From the NCBI RefSeq assembly GCF_003790525.1, contig NZ_CP033635.1: a stretch of DNA of 64,000 nucleotides. The stretch is one strand, 5' to 3'. Made by a program: the position numbers and the translations under genes. Each line of letters opens with the position of its first letter. Position 1 is the stretch's first letter. This document shows positions 16,895 to 27,771 of this stretch, in pieces. The DNA comes from Escherichia coli. GTDB taxonomy: Bacteria; Pseudomonadota; Gammaproteobacteria; Enterobacterales; Enterobacteriaceae. Below the pieces are notes generated by a model. That model was not told the DNA's origin and did not search any database. It saw only the letters and a list, made by a program, of their open reading frames with translations.

Positions 16895-18046
16895 ATGAAA
16901 AACAAATTACCGCCATTTATCGAGATTTACCGTGCTCTGATTGCCACACCTTCAATAAGCGCCACGGAAGAGGCACTCGATCAAAGCAATGCAGATTTAA
17001 TCACTCTGCTGGCGGACTGGTTTAAAGATTTAGGCTTCAATGTGGAAGTGCAGCCTGTGCCAGGAACTCGCAACAAATTTAATATGCTGGCAAGTACCGG
17101 ACAGGGGGCTGGCGGTTTGTTGCTGGCGGGGCATACCGATACGGTGCCATTTGATGACGGACGCTGGACGCGCGATCCGTTTACACTGACGGAGCATGAC
17201 GGCAAGCTTTACGGCTTAGGCACCGCCGACATGAAAGGCTTTTTTGCGTTTATCCTTGATGCGCTACGCGATGTCGACGTCACGAAGCTTGCAAAACCGC
17301 TCTACATTCTGGCGACTGCCGATGAAGAAACCAGTATGGCCGGAGCGCGTTATTTTGCCGAAACTACCGCCCTGCGCCCGGATTGCGCCATCATTGGCGA
17401 GCCAACGTCGCTGCAACCGGTACGCGCCCATAAAGGTCATATCTCTAACGCCATCCGTATTCAGGGCCAGTCGGGCCACTCCAGCGATCCAGCACGCGGA
17501 GTTAACGCTATCGAACTGATGCACGACGCCATCGGGCATATTTTGCAATTGCGCGATAAGCTGAAAGAACGTTATCACTATGAAGCGTTTACCGTGCCAT
17601 ACCCCACGCTCAACCTCGGGCATATTCACGGTGGCGACGCTTCTAACCGTATTTGTGCTTGCTGTGAGTTGCATATGGATATTCGTCCGCTGCCGGGCAT
17701 GACACTCAATGAACTTAATGGCCTACTCAACGATGCGCTGGCTCCGGTGAGCGAACGCTGGCCGGGTCGTCTGACGGTCGACGAGCTGCATCCGCCGATC
17801 CCTGGCTATGAATGCCCGCCAAATCATCAACTGGTTGAAGTAGTTGAGAAATTGCTCGGAGCAAAGACCGAAGTGGTGAATTACTGTACCGAAGCGCCGT
17901 TTATTCAAACGTTATGCCCGACGCTGGTTCTGGGTCCTGGCTCAATTAATCAGGCTCATCAACCTGATGAATATCTGGAAACACGGTTTATCAAGCCCAC
18001 CCGCGAACTGATCACCCAGGTGATTCACCATTTTTGCTGGCATTAA
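16895..18046 (+). CDS. argE: acetylornithine deacetylase
   Basis: ORF 16856..18046; product from [48 protein letters not shown] (383 aa). Confidence 0.95.
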   Translation: MKNKLPPFIEIYRALIATPSISATEEALDQSNADLITLLADWFKDLGFNVEVQPVPGTRNKFNMLASTGQGAGGLLLAGHTDTVPFDDGRWTRDPFTLTEHDGKLYGLGTADMKGFFAFILDALRDVDVTKLAKPLYILATADEETSMAGARYFAETTALRPDCAIIGEPTSLQPVRAHKGHISNAIRIQGQSGHSSDPARGVNAIELMHDAIGHILQLRDKLKERYHYEAFTVPYPTLNLGHIHGGDASNRICACCELHMDIRPLPGMTLNELNGLLNDALAPVSERWPGRLTVDELHPPIPGYECPPNHQLVEVVEKLLGAKTEVVNYCTEAPFIQTLCPTLVLGPGSINQAHQPDEYLETRFIKPTRELITQVIHHFCWH

Positions 18047-18049
18047 AAC

Positions 18050-18099
18050 GTAGGCCAAACAATGTCGGATGCGATGCTTGCGCATCTTATCCGACCTAC
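18050..18099. repeat. REP element downstream of argE
   Basis: Imperfect palindrome gtaggccaaacaatgtcggatgcg ... gcgcatcttatccgacctac typical of REP sequences. Confidence 0.6.
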
Positions 18100-18347
18100 A
18101 CCTTTGGTGTTACTCGAGGCGATTTTTTAACATTCCCATAAGTTACGCTTATTTAAAGCGTCGTGAATTTAATGGCGTAAATTCCTGCTATTTATTCGTT
18201 TGCTGAAGCGATTTCGCAGCATTTGACGTCACCGCTTTTACGTGGCTTTATAAAAGACGACGAAAAGCAAAGCCCGAGCATATTCGCGCCAATGCGACGT
18301 GAAGGATACAGGGCTATCAAACGATAAGATGGGGTGTCTGGGGTAAT

Positions 18348-20999
18348 ATGAACGAACAATATTCCGCATTGCGTAGTAATGTCAGTATGCTCGGCAAAGT
18401 GCTGGGAGAAACCATCAAGGATGCGTTAGGAGAACACATTCTTGAACGCGTAGAAACTATCCGTAAGTTGTCCAAATCTTCACGCGCTGGCAATGATGCT
18501 AACCGCCAGGAGTTGCTCACCACCTTACAAAATTTGTCGAACGACGAGCTGCTGCCCGTTGCGCGTGCGTTTAGTCAGTTTCTGAACCTGGCCAACACCG
18601 CCGAGCAATACCACAGCATTTCGCCGAAAGGCGAAGCTGCCAGCAACCCGGAAGTGATCGCCCGCACCCTGCGCAAACTGAAAAACCAGCCGGAACTGAG
18701 CGAAGACACCATAAAAAAAGCAGTGGAATCGCTGTCGCTGGAACTGGTCCTCACGGCTCACCCAACCGAAATTACCCGTCGTACACTGATCCACAAAATG
18801 GTGGAAGTGAACGCCTGCTTAAAACAGCTCGATAACAAAGATATCGCTGACTACGAACACAACCAGCTGATGCGCCGCCTGCGCCAGTTGATCGCCCAGT
18901 CATGGCATACCGATGAAATCCGTAAGCTGCGTCCAAGCCCGGTAGATGAAGCCAAATGGGGCTTTGCCGTAGTAGAAAACAGCCTGTGGCAAGGCGTACC
19001 GAATTACCTGCGCGAACTGAACGAACAACTGGAAGAGAATCTCGGCTACAAACTGCCCGTCGAATTTGTTCCGGTCCGTTTTACCTCGTGGATGGGCGGT
19101 GACCGCGACGGCAACCCGAACGTCACTGCCGATATCACCCGCCACGTCCTGCTGCTCAGTCGCTGGAAAGCCACCGATCTGTTCCTGAAAGATATTCAGG
19201 TGCTGGTTTCTGAACTGTCGATGGTTGAAGCGACCCCTGAACTGCTGGCGCTGGTTGGCGAAGAAGGTGCCGCAGAACCGTATCGCTATCTGATGAAAAA
19301 CCTGCGTTCTCGCCTGATGGCGACACAGGCATGGCTGGAAGCGCGCCTGAAAGGCGAAGAACTGCCAAAACCAGAAGGCCTGCTGACACAAAACGAAGAA
19401 CTGTGGGAACCGCTCTACGCTTGCTACCAGTCACTTCAGGCGTGTGGCATGGGTATTATCGCCAACGGCGATCTGCTCGACACCCTGCGCCGCGTGAAAT
19501 GTTTCGGCGTACCGCTGGTCCGTATTGATATCCGTCAGGAGAGCACCCGCCATACCGAAGCGCTGGGCGAGCTGACCCGCTACCTCGGTATCGGCGACTA
19601 CGAAAGCTGGTCAGAGGCCGACAAACAGGCGTTCCTGATCCGCGAACTGAACTCCAAACGTCCGCTTCTGCCGCGCAACTGGCAACCAAGCGCCGAAACG
19701 CGCGAAGTGCTCGATACCTGCCAGGTGATTGCCGAAGCACCGCAAGGTTCCATTGCCGCCTACGTGATCTCGATGGCAAAAACGCCGTCCGACGTACTGG
19801 CTGTCCACCTGCTGCTGAAAGAAGCGGGTATCGGGTTTGCAATGCCGGTTGCTCCGCTGTTTGAAACCCTCGATGACCTGAACAACGCCAACGATGTCAT
19901 GACCCAGCTGCTCAATATCGACTGGTATCGCGGCCTGATTCAGGGCAAACAGATGGTGATGATTGGCTATTCCGACTCAGCAAAAGATGCGGGCGTGATG
20001 GCAGCTTCCTGGGCGCAATATCAGGCACAGGATGCATTAATCAAAACCTGCGAAAAAGCGGGTATTGAGCTGACGTTGTTCCACGGTCGCGGCGGTTCCA
20101 TTGGTCGTGGCGGCGCACCTGCTCATGCGGCGCTGCTGTCACAACCGCCAGGTAGCCTGAAAGGTGGCCTGCGCGTGACTGAACAGGGCGAGATGATCCG
20201 CTTTAAATATGGTCTGCCAGAAATCACCGTCAGCAGCCTGTCGCTGTACACCGGGGCGATTCTGGAAGCCAACCTGCTGCCACCGCCTGAGCCGAAAGAG
20301 AGCTGGCGTCGCATTATGGATGAACTGTCAGTCATCTCCTGCGATCTCTACCGTGGCTACGTACGTGAAAACAAAGATTTTGTGCCTTACTTCCGCTCCG
20401 CTACGCCGGAACAAGAATTGGGCAAACTGCCGTTGGGTTCACGTCCGGCGAAACGTCGCCCAACCGGCGGCGTCGAGTCGCTGCGCGCCATTCCGTGGAT
20501 TTTTGCCTGGACGCAAAACCGCCTGATGCTCCCCGCCTGGCTGGGTGCAGGTACGGCGCTGCAAAAAGTGGTCGAAGATGGCAAGCAGAGCGAACTGGAA
20601 GCCATGTGCCGCGATTGGCCATTCTTCTCGACGCGTCTCGGCATGCTGGAGATGGTCTTCGCCAAAGCAGACCTGTGGCTGGCGGAATACTATGATCAAC
20701 GTCTGGTAGACAAAGCACTGTGGCCGTTAGGTAAAGAGTTACGCAATCTGCAAGAAGAAGACATCAAAGTGGTGCTGGCGATTGCCAACGATTCCCATCT
20801 GATGGCCGATCTGCCGTGGATTGCAGAGTCTATTCAGCTACGGAATATTTACACCGACCCGCTGAACGTATTGCAGGCCGAGTTGCTGCACCGCTCCCGC
20901 CAGGCAGAAAAAGAAGGCCATGAGCCGGATCCTCGCGTCGAGCAGGCGTTAATGGTCACTATTGCCGGGATTGCGGCAGGTATGCGTAATACCGGCTAA
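18348..20999 (+). CDS. ppc: phosphoenolpyruvate carboxylase
   Basis: 883-aa ORF; [41 protein letters not shown]... and C-terminal ...MRNTG. Confidence 0.96.
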   Translation: MNEQYSALRSNVSMLGKVLGETIKDALGEHILERVETIRKLSKSSRAGNDANRQELLTTLQNLSNDELLPVARAFSQFLNLANTAEQYHSISPKGEAASNPEVIARTLRKLKNQPELSEDTIKKAVESLSLELVLTAHPTEITRRTLIHKMVEVNACLKQLDNKDIADYEHNQLMRRLRQLIAQSWHTDEIRKLRPSPVDEAKWGFAVVENSLWQGVPNYLRELNEQLEENLGYKLPVEFVPVRFTSWMGGDRDGNPNVTADITRHVLLLSRWKATDLFLKDIQVLVSELSMVEATPELLALVGEEGAAEPYRYLMKNLRSRLMATQAWLEARLKGEELPKPEGLLTQNEELWEPLYACYQSLQACGMGIIANGDLLDTLRRVKCFGVPLVRIDIRQESTRHTEALGELTRYLGIGDYESWSEADKQAFLIRELNSKRPLLPRNWQPSAETREVLDTCQVIAEAPQGSIAAYVISMAKTPSDVLAVHLLLKEAGIGFAMPVAPLFETLDDLNNANDVMTQLLNIDWYRGLIQGKQMVMIGYSDSAKDAGVMAASWAQYQAQDALIKTCEKAGIELTLFHGRGGSIGRGGAPAHAALLSQPPGSLKGGLRVTEQGEMIRFKYGLPEITVSSLSLYTGAILEANLLPPPEPKESWRRIMDELSVISCDLYRGYVRENKDFVPYFRSATPEQELGKLPLGSRPAKRRPTGGVESLRAIPWIFAWTQNRLMLPAWLGAGTALQKVVEDGKQSELEAMCRDWPFFSTRLGMLEMVFAKADLWLAEYYDQRLVDKALWPLGKELRNLQEEDIKVVLAIANDSHLMADLPWIAESIQLRNIYTDPLNVLQAELLHRSRQAEKEGHEPDPRVEQALMVTIAGIAAGMRNTG

Positions 21000-21013
21000 T
21001 CTTCCTCTCCTGC

Positions 21014-21046
21014 AAACCCTCGTGCTTTTGCGCGAGGGTTTTCTGA
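21014..21046 (+). terminator. ppc intrinsic terminator
   Basis: Hairpin aaaccctcg...cgagggtttt followed by T residues, 15 nt after the ppc stop. Confidence 0.7.
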
Positions 21047-21181
21047 AATACTTCTGTTCTAACACCTTCGTTTTCAATATATTTCTGTCTGCATTTTATT
21101 CAAATTCTGAATACACCTTCAGATATCCTTAAGGAATTGTCGTTACATTCGGCGATATTTTTTTCAAGACAGGTTCTTACT

Positions 21182-22915
21182 ATGCATTCCACAGAAGTCC
21201 AGGCTAAACCCCTTTTTAGCTGGAAAGCCCTGGGTTGGGCACTGCTCTACTTTTGGTTTTTCTCTACTCTGCTACAGGCCATTATTTACATCAGTGGTTA
21301 TAGTGGCACTAACGGCATTCGCGACTCGCTGTTATTCAGTTCGCTGTGGTTGATCCCGGTATTCCTCTTTCCGAAGCGGATCAAAATTATTGCCGCAGTG
21401 ATCGGCGTGGTGCTATGGGCGGCCTCTCTGGCGGCGCTGTGCTACTACGTCATCTACGGTCAGGAGTTCTCGCAGAGCGTTCTGTTTGTGATGTTCGAAA
21501 CCAACACCAACGAAGCTAGCGAGTATTTAAGCCAGTATTTCAGCCTGAAAATTGTGCTTATCGCGCTGGCCTATACGGCGGTGGCAGTTCTGCTGTGGAC
21601 ACGCCTGCGCCCGGTCTATATTCCAAAGCCGTGGCGTTATGTTGTCTCTTTTGCCCTGCTTTATGGCTTGATTCTGCATCCGATCGCCATGAACACCATC
21701 ATCAAAGGCAAACCGATTGAAAAAACGCTGGATAGTCTGGCATCGCGAATGGAACCCGCAGCACCATGGCAATTTATTTCCGGCTACTACCAGTACCGCC
21801 AGCAACTTAACTCGCTGACCAAATTACTCAACGAAAACAATGCGCTGCCGCCGCTGGCTAATTTCAAAGATGAATCGGGTAACGAACCGCGCACCTTAGT
21901 GCTGGTGATTGGCGAGTCGACCCAGCGTGGACGCATGAGTCTGTACGGTTATCCGCGTGAAACCACGCCGGAGCTGGATGCGCTGCATAAAACCGATCCG
22001 AATCTGACCGTGTTTAATAACGTGGTGACGTCTCGTCCGTACACCATTGAAATCCTGCAACAGGCGCTGACCTTTGCCAATGAAAAGAACCCGGATCTGT
22101 ATCTGACGCAGCCGTCGCTGATGAACATGATGAAACAGGCGGGTTATAAAACCTTCTGGATCACCAACCAGCAGACGATGACCGCCCGCAATACCATGCT
22201 GACGGTATTTTCGCGCCAGACCGACAAGCAGTACTACATGAACCAGCAACGTACACAGAGTGCGCGTGAATACGACACTAACGTGCTGAAGCCGTTCCAG
22301 GAAGTGCTGAAGGACCCTGCGCCGAAGAAACTGATCATCGTTCATCTGCTGGGTACGCATATCAAATACAAATACCGCTACCCGGAAAATCAGGGCAAGT
22401 TTGATGGCAATACCGATCATGTCCCGCCGGGGTTAAACGCGGAAGAGCTGGAGTCATATAACGATTATGACAACGCTAACCTGTATAACGATCATGTGGT
22501 TGCCAGCCTGATTAAAGACTTTAAAGCGGCAGACCCGAACGGATTCCTGGTTTACTTCTCTGACCACGGTGAAGAGGTTTACGACACGCCGCCGCATAAA
22601 ACCCAGGGGCGTAATGAGGACAACCCGACGCGCCACATGTACACCATTCCGTTCCTGCTGTGGACGTCGGAAAAATGGCAAGCGACTCATCCGCGTGATT
22701 TCTCACAGGATGTTGATCGTAAATACAGCCTGGCGGAATTGATCCACACCTGGTCAGATTTAGCGGGCTTATCTTACGACGGTTACGACCCAACCCGTTC
22801 AGTGGTGAATCCGCAGTTCAAAGAAACTACCCGCTGGATTGGTAACCCGTACAAGAAAAACGCGCTGATCGATTACGACACGCTGCCGTATGGCGACCAG
22901 GTAGGTAATCAGTAA
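21182..22915 (+). CDS. eptC: phosphoethanolamine transferase (LPS core modification)
   Basis: ORF 21137..22915; product from MHSTEVQAKPLFSWKALGWALLYFWFF... (577 aa): N-terminal TM helices plus sulfatase-like domain. Confidence 0.92.
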   Translation: MHSTEVQAKPLFSWKALGWALLYFWFFSTLLQAIIYISGYSGTNGIRDSLLFSSLWLIPVFLFPKRIKIIAAVIGVVLWAASLAALCYYVIYGQEFSQSVLFVMFETNTNEASEYLSQYFSLKIVLIALAYTAVAVLLWTRLRPVYIPKPWRYVVSFALLYGLILHPIAMNTIIKGKPIEKTLDSLASRMEPAAPWQFISGYYQYRQQLNSLTKLLNENNALPPLANFKDESGNEPRTLVLVIGESTQRGRMSLYGYPRETTPELDALHKTDPNLTVFNNVVTSRPYTIEILQQALTFANEKNPDLYLTQPSLMNMMKQAGYKTFWITNQQTMTARNTMLTVFSRQTDKQYYMNQQRTQSAREYDTNVLKPFQEVLKDPAPKKLIIVHLLGTHIKYKYRYPENQGKFDGNTDHVPPGLNAEELESYNDYDNANLYNDHVVASLIKDFKAADPNGFLVYFSDHGEEVYDTPPHKTQGRNEDNPTRHMYTIPFLLWTSEKWQATHPRDFSQDVDRKYSLAELIHTWSDLAGLSYDGYDPTRSVVNPQFKETTRWIGNPYKKNALIDYDTLPYGDQVGNQ

Positions 22916-22987
22916 ATGACCTTTGTATCGCGTCTGGCGCTATTTGCCGGATGCGATACTGTCGCAATGTTTACATCGAACTCCCCT

Positions 22988-23017
22988 CAGGCCACACTTT
23001 TCAGGTGGCCTTTTTTC
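22988..23017 (+). terminator. eptC intrinsic terminator
   Basis: Hairpin ggccac...gtggcc followed by tttttt. Confidence 0.7.
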
Positions 23018-23063
23018 ATAATGCCAGTTACTGTTTTCCCGTCTACATACCTAAGGGAATAAC

Positions 23064-23915
23064 ATGTATCACGACGTCAGCTATCTGCTCTCCCGCCTGA
23101 TCAACGGCCCGCTGTCCCTGCGCCAGATTTACTTTGCCAGCAGTAACGGCCCGGTGCCCGATCTTGCGTATCAGGTCGATTTTCCACGACTGGAAATTGT
23201 GCTGGAAGGTGAGTTTGTTGATACCGGCGCTGGAGCAACGTTAGTTCCCGGCGATGTGCTGTACGTTCCCGCTGGTGGCTGGAATTTTCCACAATGGCAA
23301 GCCCCCGCCACTACCTTTAGCGTGCTGTTTGGCAAACAGCAACTCGGCTTCAGCGTCGTGCAATGGGATGGCAAACAATATCAAAATCTGGCGAAGCAAC
23401 ACGTCGCCCGACGCGGCCCGCGCATTGGTTCTTTTCTGCTACAAACGCTCAATGAAATGCAAATGCAGCCGCAGGAGCAGCAAACGGCAAGGCTTATCGT
23501 CGCCAGCCTGCTTAGCCACTGCCGCGATTTGCTCGGCAGCCAAATCCAGACCGCCTCACGTAGCCAGGCTCTATTCGAAGCTATTCGCGATTATATCGAC
23601 GAACGCTATGCCTCCGCGCTTACCCGCGAATCTGTCGCACAGGCATTCTATATTTCGCCAAATTACCTCTCGCACCTGTTTCAAAAAACGGGGGCCATTG
23701 GTTTTAACGAATACCTGAATCACACGCGACTGGAGCACGCTAAGACGTTATTGAAAGGCTATGACCTGAAGGTAAAAGAAGTGGCGCACGCCTGCGGCTT
23801 TGTCGACAGCAACTACTTCTGCCGTCTGTTTCGTAAAAATACCGAACGCTCACCGTCGGAATATCGTCGGCAGTACCACAGCCAACTGACAGAAAAACCG
23901 ACTACTCCAGAATAA
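23064..23915 (+). CDS. yijO: AraC-family transcriptional regulator
   Basis: 283-aa ORF with C-terminal AraC-type HTH region (…YISPNYLSHLFQKTGAIGFNEYLNHTRLEHAKTLL…); position between eptC and frwD as in K-12. Confidence 0.88.
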   Translation: MYHDVSYLLSRLINGPLSLRQIYFASSNGPVPDLAYQVDFPRLEIVLEGEFVDTGAGATLVPGDVLYVPAGGWNFPQWQAPATTFSVLFGKQQLGFSVVQWDGKQYQNLAKQHVARRGPRIGSFLLQTLNEMQMQPQEQQTARLIVASLLSHCRDLLGSQIQTASRSQALFEAIRDYIDERYASALTRESVAQAFYISPNYLSHLFQKTGAIGFNEYLNHTRLEHAKTLLKGYDLKVKEVAHACGFVDSNYFCRLFRKNTERSPSEYRRQYHSQLTEKPTTPE

Positions 23916-24243
23916 GATGGGTTTGCTGCGGCGCAGAAAGCACTTTGCGTACTGCGCTCATCACCCGCTGCGGCTCACGCAGGAAAGCGTAGATGCTGCA
24001 TTGCACGTAGCGGCAATGTTCAAATCGCTCGGCACCGGCAAGCTCGATATCCGTAATCAACAGAGCAACATCCGCCCGACGGATATCCTCGTCCGCTAAA
24101 CGATTCTCCGTTCCCAGCGCGCCCTGAGTTTCAATGCTGACGCCCCACTTCTCTAACAGGCACAACTTTTCCAGCCGTTCCGCCGCCATATAAGTATGCG
24201 CCACGCCGCTGACGCAGGCGGTTACTGCCACCAGGTATGCCAT
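23902..24243 (-). CDS. frwD: PTS fructose-like enzyme IIB component
   Basis: ORF 23902..24306; product from MAYLVAVTACVSGVAHTYMAAERLEKL (113 aa) with the EIIB active-site Cys motif. Convergently overlaps the yijO 3' end. Confidence 0.9.
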   Translation of the reverse strand: MAYLVAVTACVSGVAHTYMAAERLEKLCLLEKWGVSIETQGALGTENRLADEDIRRADVALLITDIELAGAERFEHCRYVQCSIYAFLREPQRVMSAVRKVLSAPQQTHLILE

Positions 24244-24244
24244 T

Positions 24245-25123
24245 TTAACCTCCCACGGTAACCTGAAATCCGGCCCGCTCTGCCATTTCACGCATCGTTG
24301 CCACATCGGCTGACGACGGCGCAGACACCTCTTTCATCGACCATGTTTTCCCCAGCAGGCGGTATTTCGGTTCGCCGTACTGATGAAACGGTAACAGATG
24401 GATCTGCCTGATATTCAGCGGGATCAGCACGTCCAGCGCCTGCTGCATATTCTCCCGGCTGAGCGTGAAACCAGGGATCAGCGGTAAACGCGGGATCACG
24501 TTGACGCCCTCACTCACCAGCAAACGCAGATTCTCCAGCACGCGTGGCAGGTTCATCTTCACCACATCCCGCGCCTGAGTCGCGTCCATAATTTTTAAAT
24601 CGAACAACACTTCATCGCACAATTTCGCCAGCGGTAACAGCTTGCTGGCTGGCGCGTCTCCGGCAGTTTCGATGGCGCATGACACACCCCACAACCGCAG
24701 CCGCTGTAAAAAAAGAGTAGCAAACTCCGCCTGCATTAACACTTCGCCGCCAGAAAGCGTGACGCCGCCGCCGGACGTGCGAAAGAAAATGTCATCTTTC
24801 ATCACTTCCCGTTCCAGAGCGTCAAGGCTGATATCGCGACCAATCCGTTCAAACGCACCGGAGGGGCATTCATCCGCATCACGCAAACATTTCGCACAGT
24901 GCAGACATTTCGCCTCTCTGCGTACAGTCTGGATTTTGCCGGAGATCGACTCCGGATTAGCACACCACGGGCAAAGATGTGGACAGCCTTTAAAAAAGAC
25001 CACCGTACGAATGCCCTCGCCGTCATTCAGTGAATAACGCTGAATGTTGAAAATGCGCGCCACATCATTGCGGCGCGTTTCCACAACGTTACAGCTGATG
25101 CGCTGTCCGGCGGATGATGTCAT
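24245..25123 (-). CDS. pflC: glycyl-radical enzyme activating protein (radical SAM)
   Basis: ORF 24245..25192; product from MTSSAGQRISCNVVETRRNDVARIFNIQRYSLNDGEGIRTVVFFKGCPHLCPWCANPE (292 aa), CxxxCxxC radical-SAM cluster motif. Confidence 0.92.
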   Translation of the reverse strand: MTSSAGQRISCNVVETRRNDVARIFNIQRYSLNDGEGIRTVVFFKGCPHLCPWCANPESISGKIQTVRREAKCLHCAKCLRDADECPSGAFERIGRDISLDALEREVMKDDIFFRTSGGGVTLSGGEVLMQAEFATLFLQRLRLWGVSCAIETAGDAPASKLLPLAKLCDEVLFDLKIMDATQARDVVKMNLPRVLENLRLLVSEGVNVIPRLPLIPGFTLSRENMQQALDVLIPLNIRQIHLLPFHQYGEPKYRLLGKTWSMKEVSAPSSADVATMREMAERAGFQVTVGG

Positions 25124-27386
25124 CCTGGATCTCCTTCGACAATTCGACAAAGAAGGCGCTGTATCCGGCAACGCGCACCACCAGCCCGGCATAATCTTGT
25201 GGGCGCTGTTGCGCTTCCCGCAACGTGTCGGCGTTCACCACGTTAAACTGAATATGCTGCAACTTAAGCTGGGTAAACGCCCGTAAGAAGTCGGCCAGTT
25301 TGCGTAATCCCGCTTCACCTTCCAGGGTCGCCGGAGTGAATTTCACGTTCAGCAACGTACCGTTAGACAGCAGCGTATTATCGAGCTTACTGACTGACTT
25401 CAGTACCGCCGTTGGCCCTTGTGCGTCCTGGCCCAGCATGGGTGACAAGCCGCCGTCTGCCAGCTGTTCTCCGGCAAAACGACCGTCTGGCGTCGCGCCA
25501 ACCACCGATCCCAACGGGACGTGAGCAGAAACGGTATACGATCCCGGCGTGAAGTAGCCGCCGCGCGGGTTCTGGTATTTTTCCACTTCTTTGCAGTAGT
25601 GGCGTAACAGTTCGGCGCTGATGTTATCCACCTCGTCGATATCGTTACCGTATTTCTCGAAGCGGTTAATTAAGCGAGCACGGACTTTTTCGCCTTCTGG
25701 CGTTGCGAAGTTGGCTTTTAATACCGACAGCAATTCGTCAAAACTTAAACGCTGTTGCTCAAAAACCATACCTTTCAACGCATGGAGAGAATCGCTCAGG
25801 TTGGCGATACCGATCCCCTGTACGCCGGAGAAGTTATAACGCGCACCGCCATCGGTAATATCGCGGCCTTTTTCCAGACAATCGCTGATAAACGATGAGA
25901 GCAGCGGTACAGGTGCCCAGTCACGGTGACCGATATCGCAAATATTGCTGCCCTCAACCATCAGGGTGATGTAGTGGCTGATCTTGGCGCGGATCTGCTC
26001 CAGTAAACCTTCATAAGTCAGCGCAGCATTGCCTTCATTTTCATGCAGGCAGATTTCCATCACTTTCAGCAGATTAAACATCGCGATGTCATGCAAGCCG
26101 TAGGTTCTGCCGGGAATAGATAATTCCACACAGCCCACTACGGAATAGTCGCGTGCATCTTCCAGCGAAACGCCACGGTTGAGGAACGCTGGCACCACTA
26201 CTTCATCGTTAAAGATTTGCGGAATACCGGTGCCGAGGCGAATGGTTTCGGCGGTTTTCATCAGGAACGGCGTGTCGATCAAGGCGTTAGTGCGCACCCC
26301 CAGGTTCGGTTGCGGTAATTGCACGCTTTGATAGGCGTCAAGGCAAAGGAACGAAAGCACGTTCACCGCGCTACGTCCGTTCTCGGTTAACCCGCCGAGC
26401 AGTGCGGTATAGCCGGTCGGGAAACCGGCGAAATAACGCGCGCTACTGGTGGAGCGCAACAGCACGATGTCGTTGCATTTCACCCATAAAGATTCGAGCA
26501 GTTCTTTCAGGAACGCCGGATCTTCGCCCTGGGTTAATGATGCCTGATAGAACGGCAACATATACTGGTCGAAGCGCCCTAAAGACAGCGAACTGGCGTT
26601 GGATTCGTATTGCAGAATGATGTTCATGTACCAGAATAACTGGCACGCCTGCCAGAACGTCTGCGGCTTATGTTCGGCGTTATGGCGGGAGATCTCCGCA
26701 ATAGTCAGCAGTTCTTCGCGACGCTGGCCATCAGTGCAGCTTGCCGCCATCGTTTCCGCCAGTTCGGCGTAACGCAAAATATGTTTCTGCGAGGCTTCCA
26801 GCAGTAACAGCGCTGCCTGATAAAAGTGATTCTCCGGCTGTTGCTGACAATGTTGCTGCATCTGTGCCACCAGCTCCCCCAGCCCGTGATTCAGCAGGCG
26901 CGGGTAATCAATAATAATGTGCCCCTGGCCTTTATCCGTCTGGTTGATGCTGAAAATCTGCGTGCTGGTCGCGGCTTTTACTTCATCCGTCATCTGCCCG
27001 TTAATGAAATCTTTCATCGAACGTTTTTCCCAGTACGGGAACAACTCTTCGCGGTAGATACGTTTATCTTCTTCGCTGATAGCAAAGCGGTCCTGCGGAC
27101 GCGTCGGGAATTGATCCAGCTCTTTCAGCAGCCAGTAAGGGTCCATTTCCGGCGACATAATCCCGGCGCGTGGTTTTACGGTGCGGTTACCGGCAATCAG
27201 TTCTTCATCACGAATCGAAATTTCAACGTGTTCAAGGATATACGCTGTTGCTTTCGCCCGGCGCAATATCACCGGTTCGCCTTCGGTTTGCCGATGGCTG
27301 GCGGTATAAAGCAGCGCCCGCTCCAGCGAGATTTCACGGGTATTGGCAAACAGTGCAGTTTTGAGGCGAGAGATACGATTCGTCAT
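25089..27386 (-). CDS. pflD: formate acetyltransferase 2 (glycyl radical enzyme)
   Basis: 765-aa ORF; C-terminal glycyl-radical motif ...VRVAGYSAFFVEL...; overlaps the pflC start by 35 nt. Confidence 0.94.
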   Translation of the reverse strand: MTNRISRLKTALFANTREISLERALLYTASHRQTEGEPVILRRAKATAYILEHVEISIRDEELIAGNRTVKPRAGIMSPEMDPYWLLKELDQFPTRPQDRFAISEEDKRIYREELFPYWEKRSMKDFINGQMTDEVKAATSTQIFSINQTDKGQGHIIIDYPRLLNHGLGELVAQMQQHCQQQPENHFYQAALLLLEASQKHILRYAELAETMAASCTDGQRREELLTIAEISRHNAEHKPQTFWQACQLFWYMNIILQYESNASSLSLGRFDQYMLPFYQASLTQGEDPAFLKELLESLWVKCNDIVLLRSTSSARYFAGFPTGYTALLGGLTENGRSAVNVLSFLCLDAYQSVQLPQPNLGVRTNALIDTPFLMKTAETIRLGTGIPQIFNDEVVVPAFLNRGVSLEDARDYSVVGCVELSIPGRTYGLHDIAMFNLLKVMEICLHENEGNAALTYEGLLEQIRAKISHYITLMVEGSNICDIGHRDWAPVPLLSSFISDCLEKGRDITDGGARYNFSGVQGIGIANLSDSLHALKGMVFEQQRLSFDELLSVLKANFATPEGEKVRARLINRFEKYGNDIDEVDNISAELLRHYCKEVEKYQNPRGGYFTPGSYTVSAHVPLGSVVGATPDGRFAGEQLADGGLSPMLGQDAQGPTAVLKSVSKLDNTLLSNGTLLNVKFTPATLEGEAGLRKLADFLRAFTQLKLQHIQFNVVNADTLREAQQRPQDYAGLVVRVAGYSAFFVELSKEIQDDIIRRTAHQL

Positions 27387-27436
27387 GAGGAACTCCTGTG
27401 GGAAAGCGAACCCGCCCTTACGGGCGGGATAAGAAC

Positions 27437-27757
27437 TTAAGCGGTTTGTGCCAGGTGAGCTTCAATTTTGCTCATAATGGCATCAGCGCGTTTTACCGCG
27501 TCGCTGATGTTGACGCGCACGATGGTCTTGCCAGCAAAACGCTCTTCAAACTTGATGCCGATATCTTTGGTCAGAATCACCATATCGGCGCTCGCCACGT
27601 CTTCCGCAGTCAGTTCATTTTCCAGACCAATCGAGCCCTGGGTTTCTACTTTCACTTCCCAGCCTTTCGCTTTCGCGGCACTTTCCAGCGCCTCTGCCGC
27701 CATATAGGTATGGGCAACACCAGATGGACACGCGGTTACTGCAATAATTTTCGTCAT
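27437..27757 (-). CDS. frwB: PTS fructose-like enzyme IIB component
   Basis: 106-aa ORF; MTKIIAVTACPSGVAHTYMAAEALE..., paralogous to frwD. Confidence 0.92.
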   Translation of the reverse strand: MTKIIAVTACPSGVAHTYMAAEALESAAKAKGWEVKVETQGSIGLENELTAEDVASADMVILTKDIGIKFEERFAGKTIVRVNISDAVKRADAIMSKIEAHLAQTA

Positions 27758-27771
27758 GGCTCGTTCCTCAA

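Noticed and set aside
26826-27440. 204-aa plus-strand ORF antisense to pflD, and similar long antisense ORFs (8513..8965 in trmA, 18900..19391 and 19456..19842 in ppc, 32838..33587 in gldA, 36727..37341 in katG, 52414..52935 and 53162..53752 in priA, 56925..57920 in hslU)
   Set aside because: Each is fully contained in, and antisense to, a well-supported conserved gene; the translations are low-complexity (Arg/Gln/His-rich) as expected for shadow ORFs in GC-rich coding DNA.
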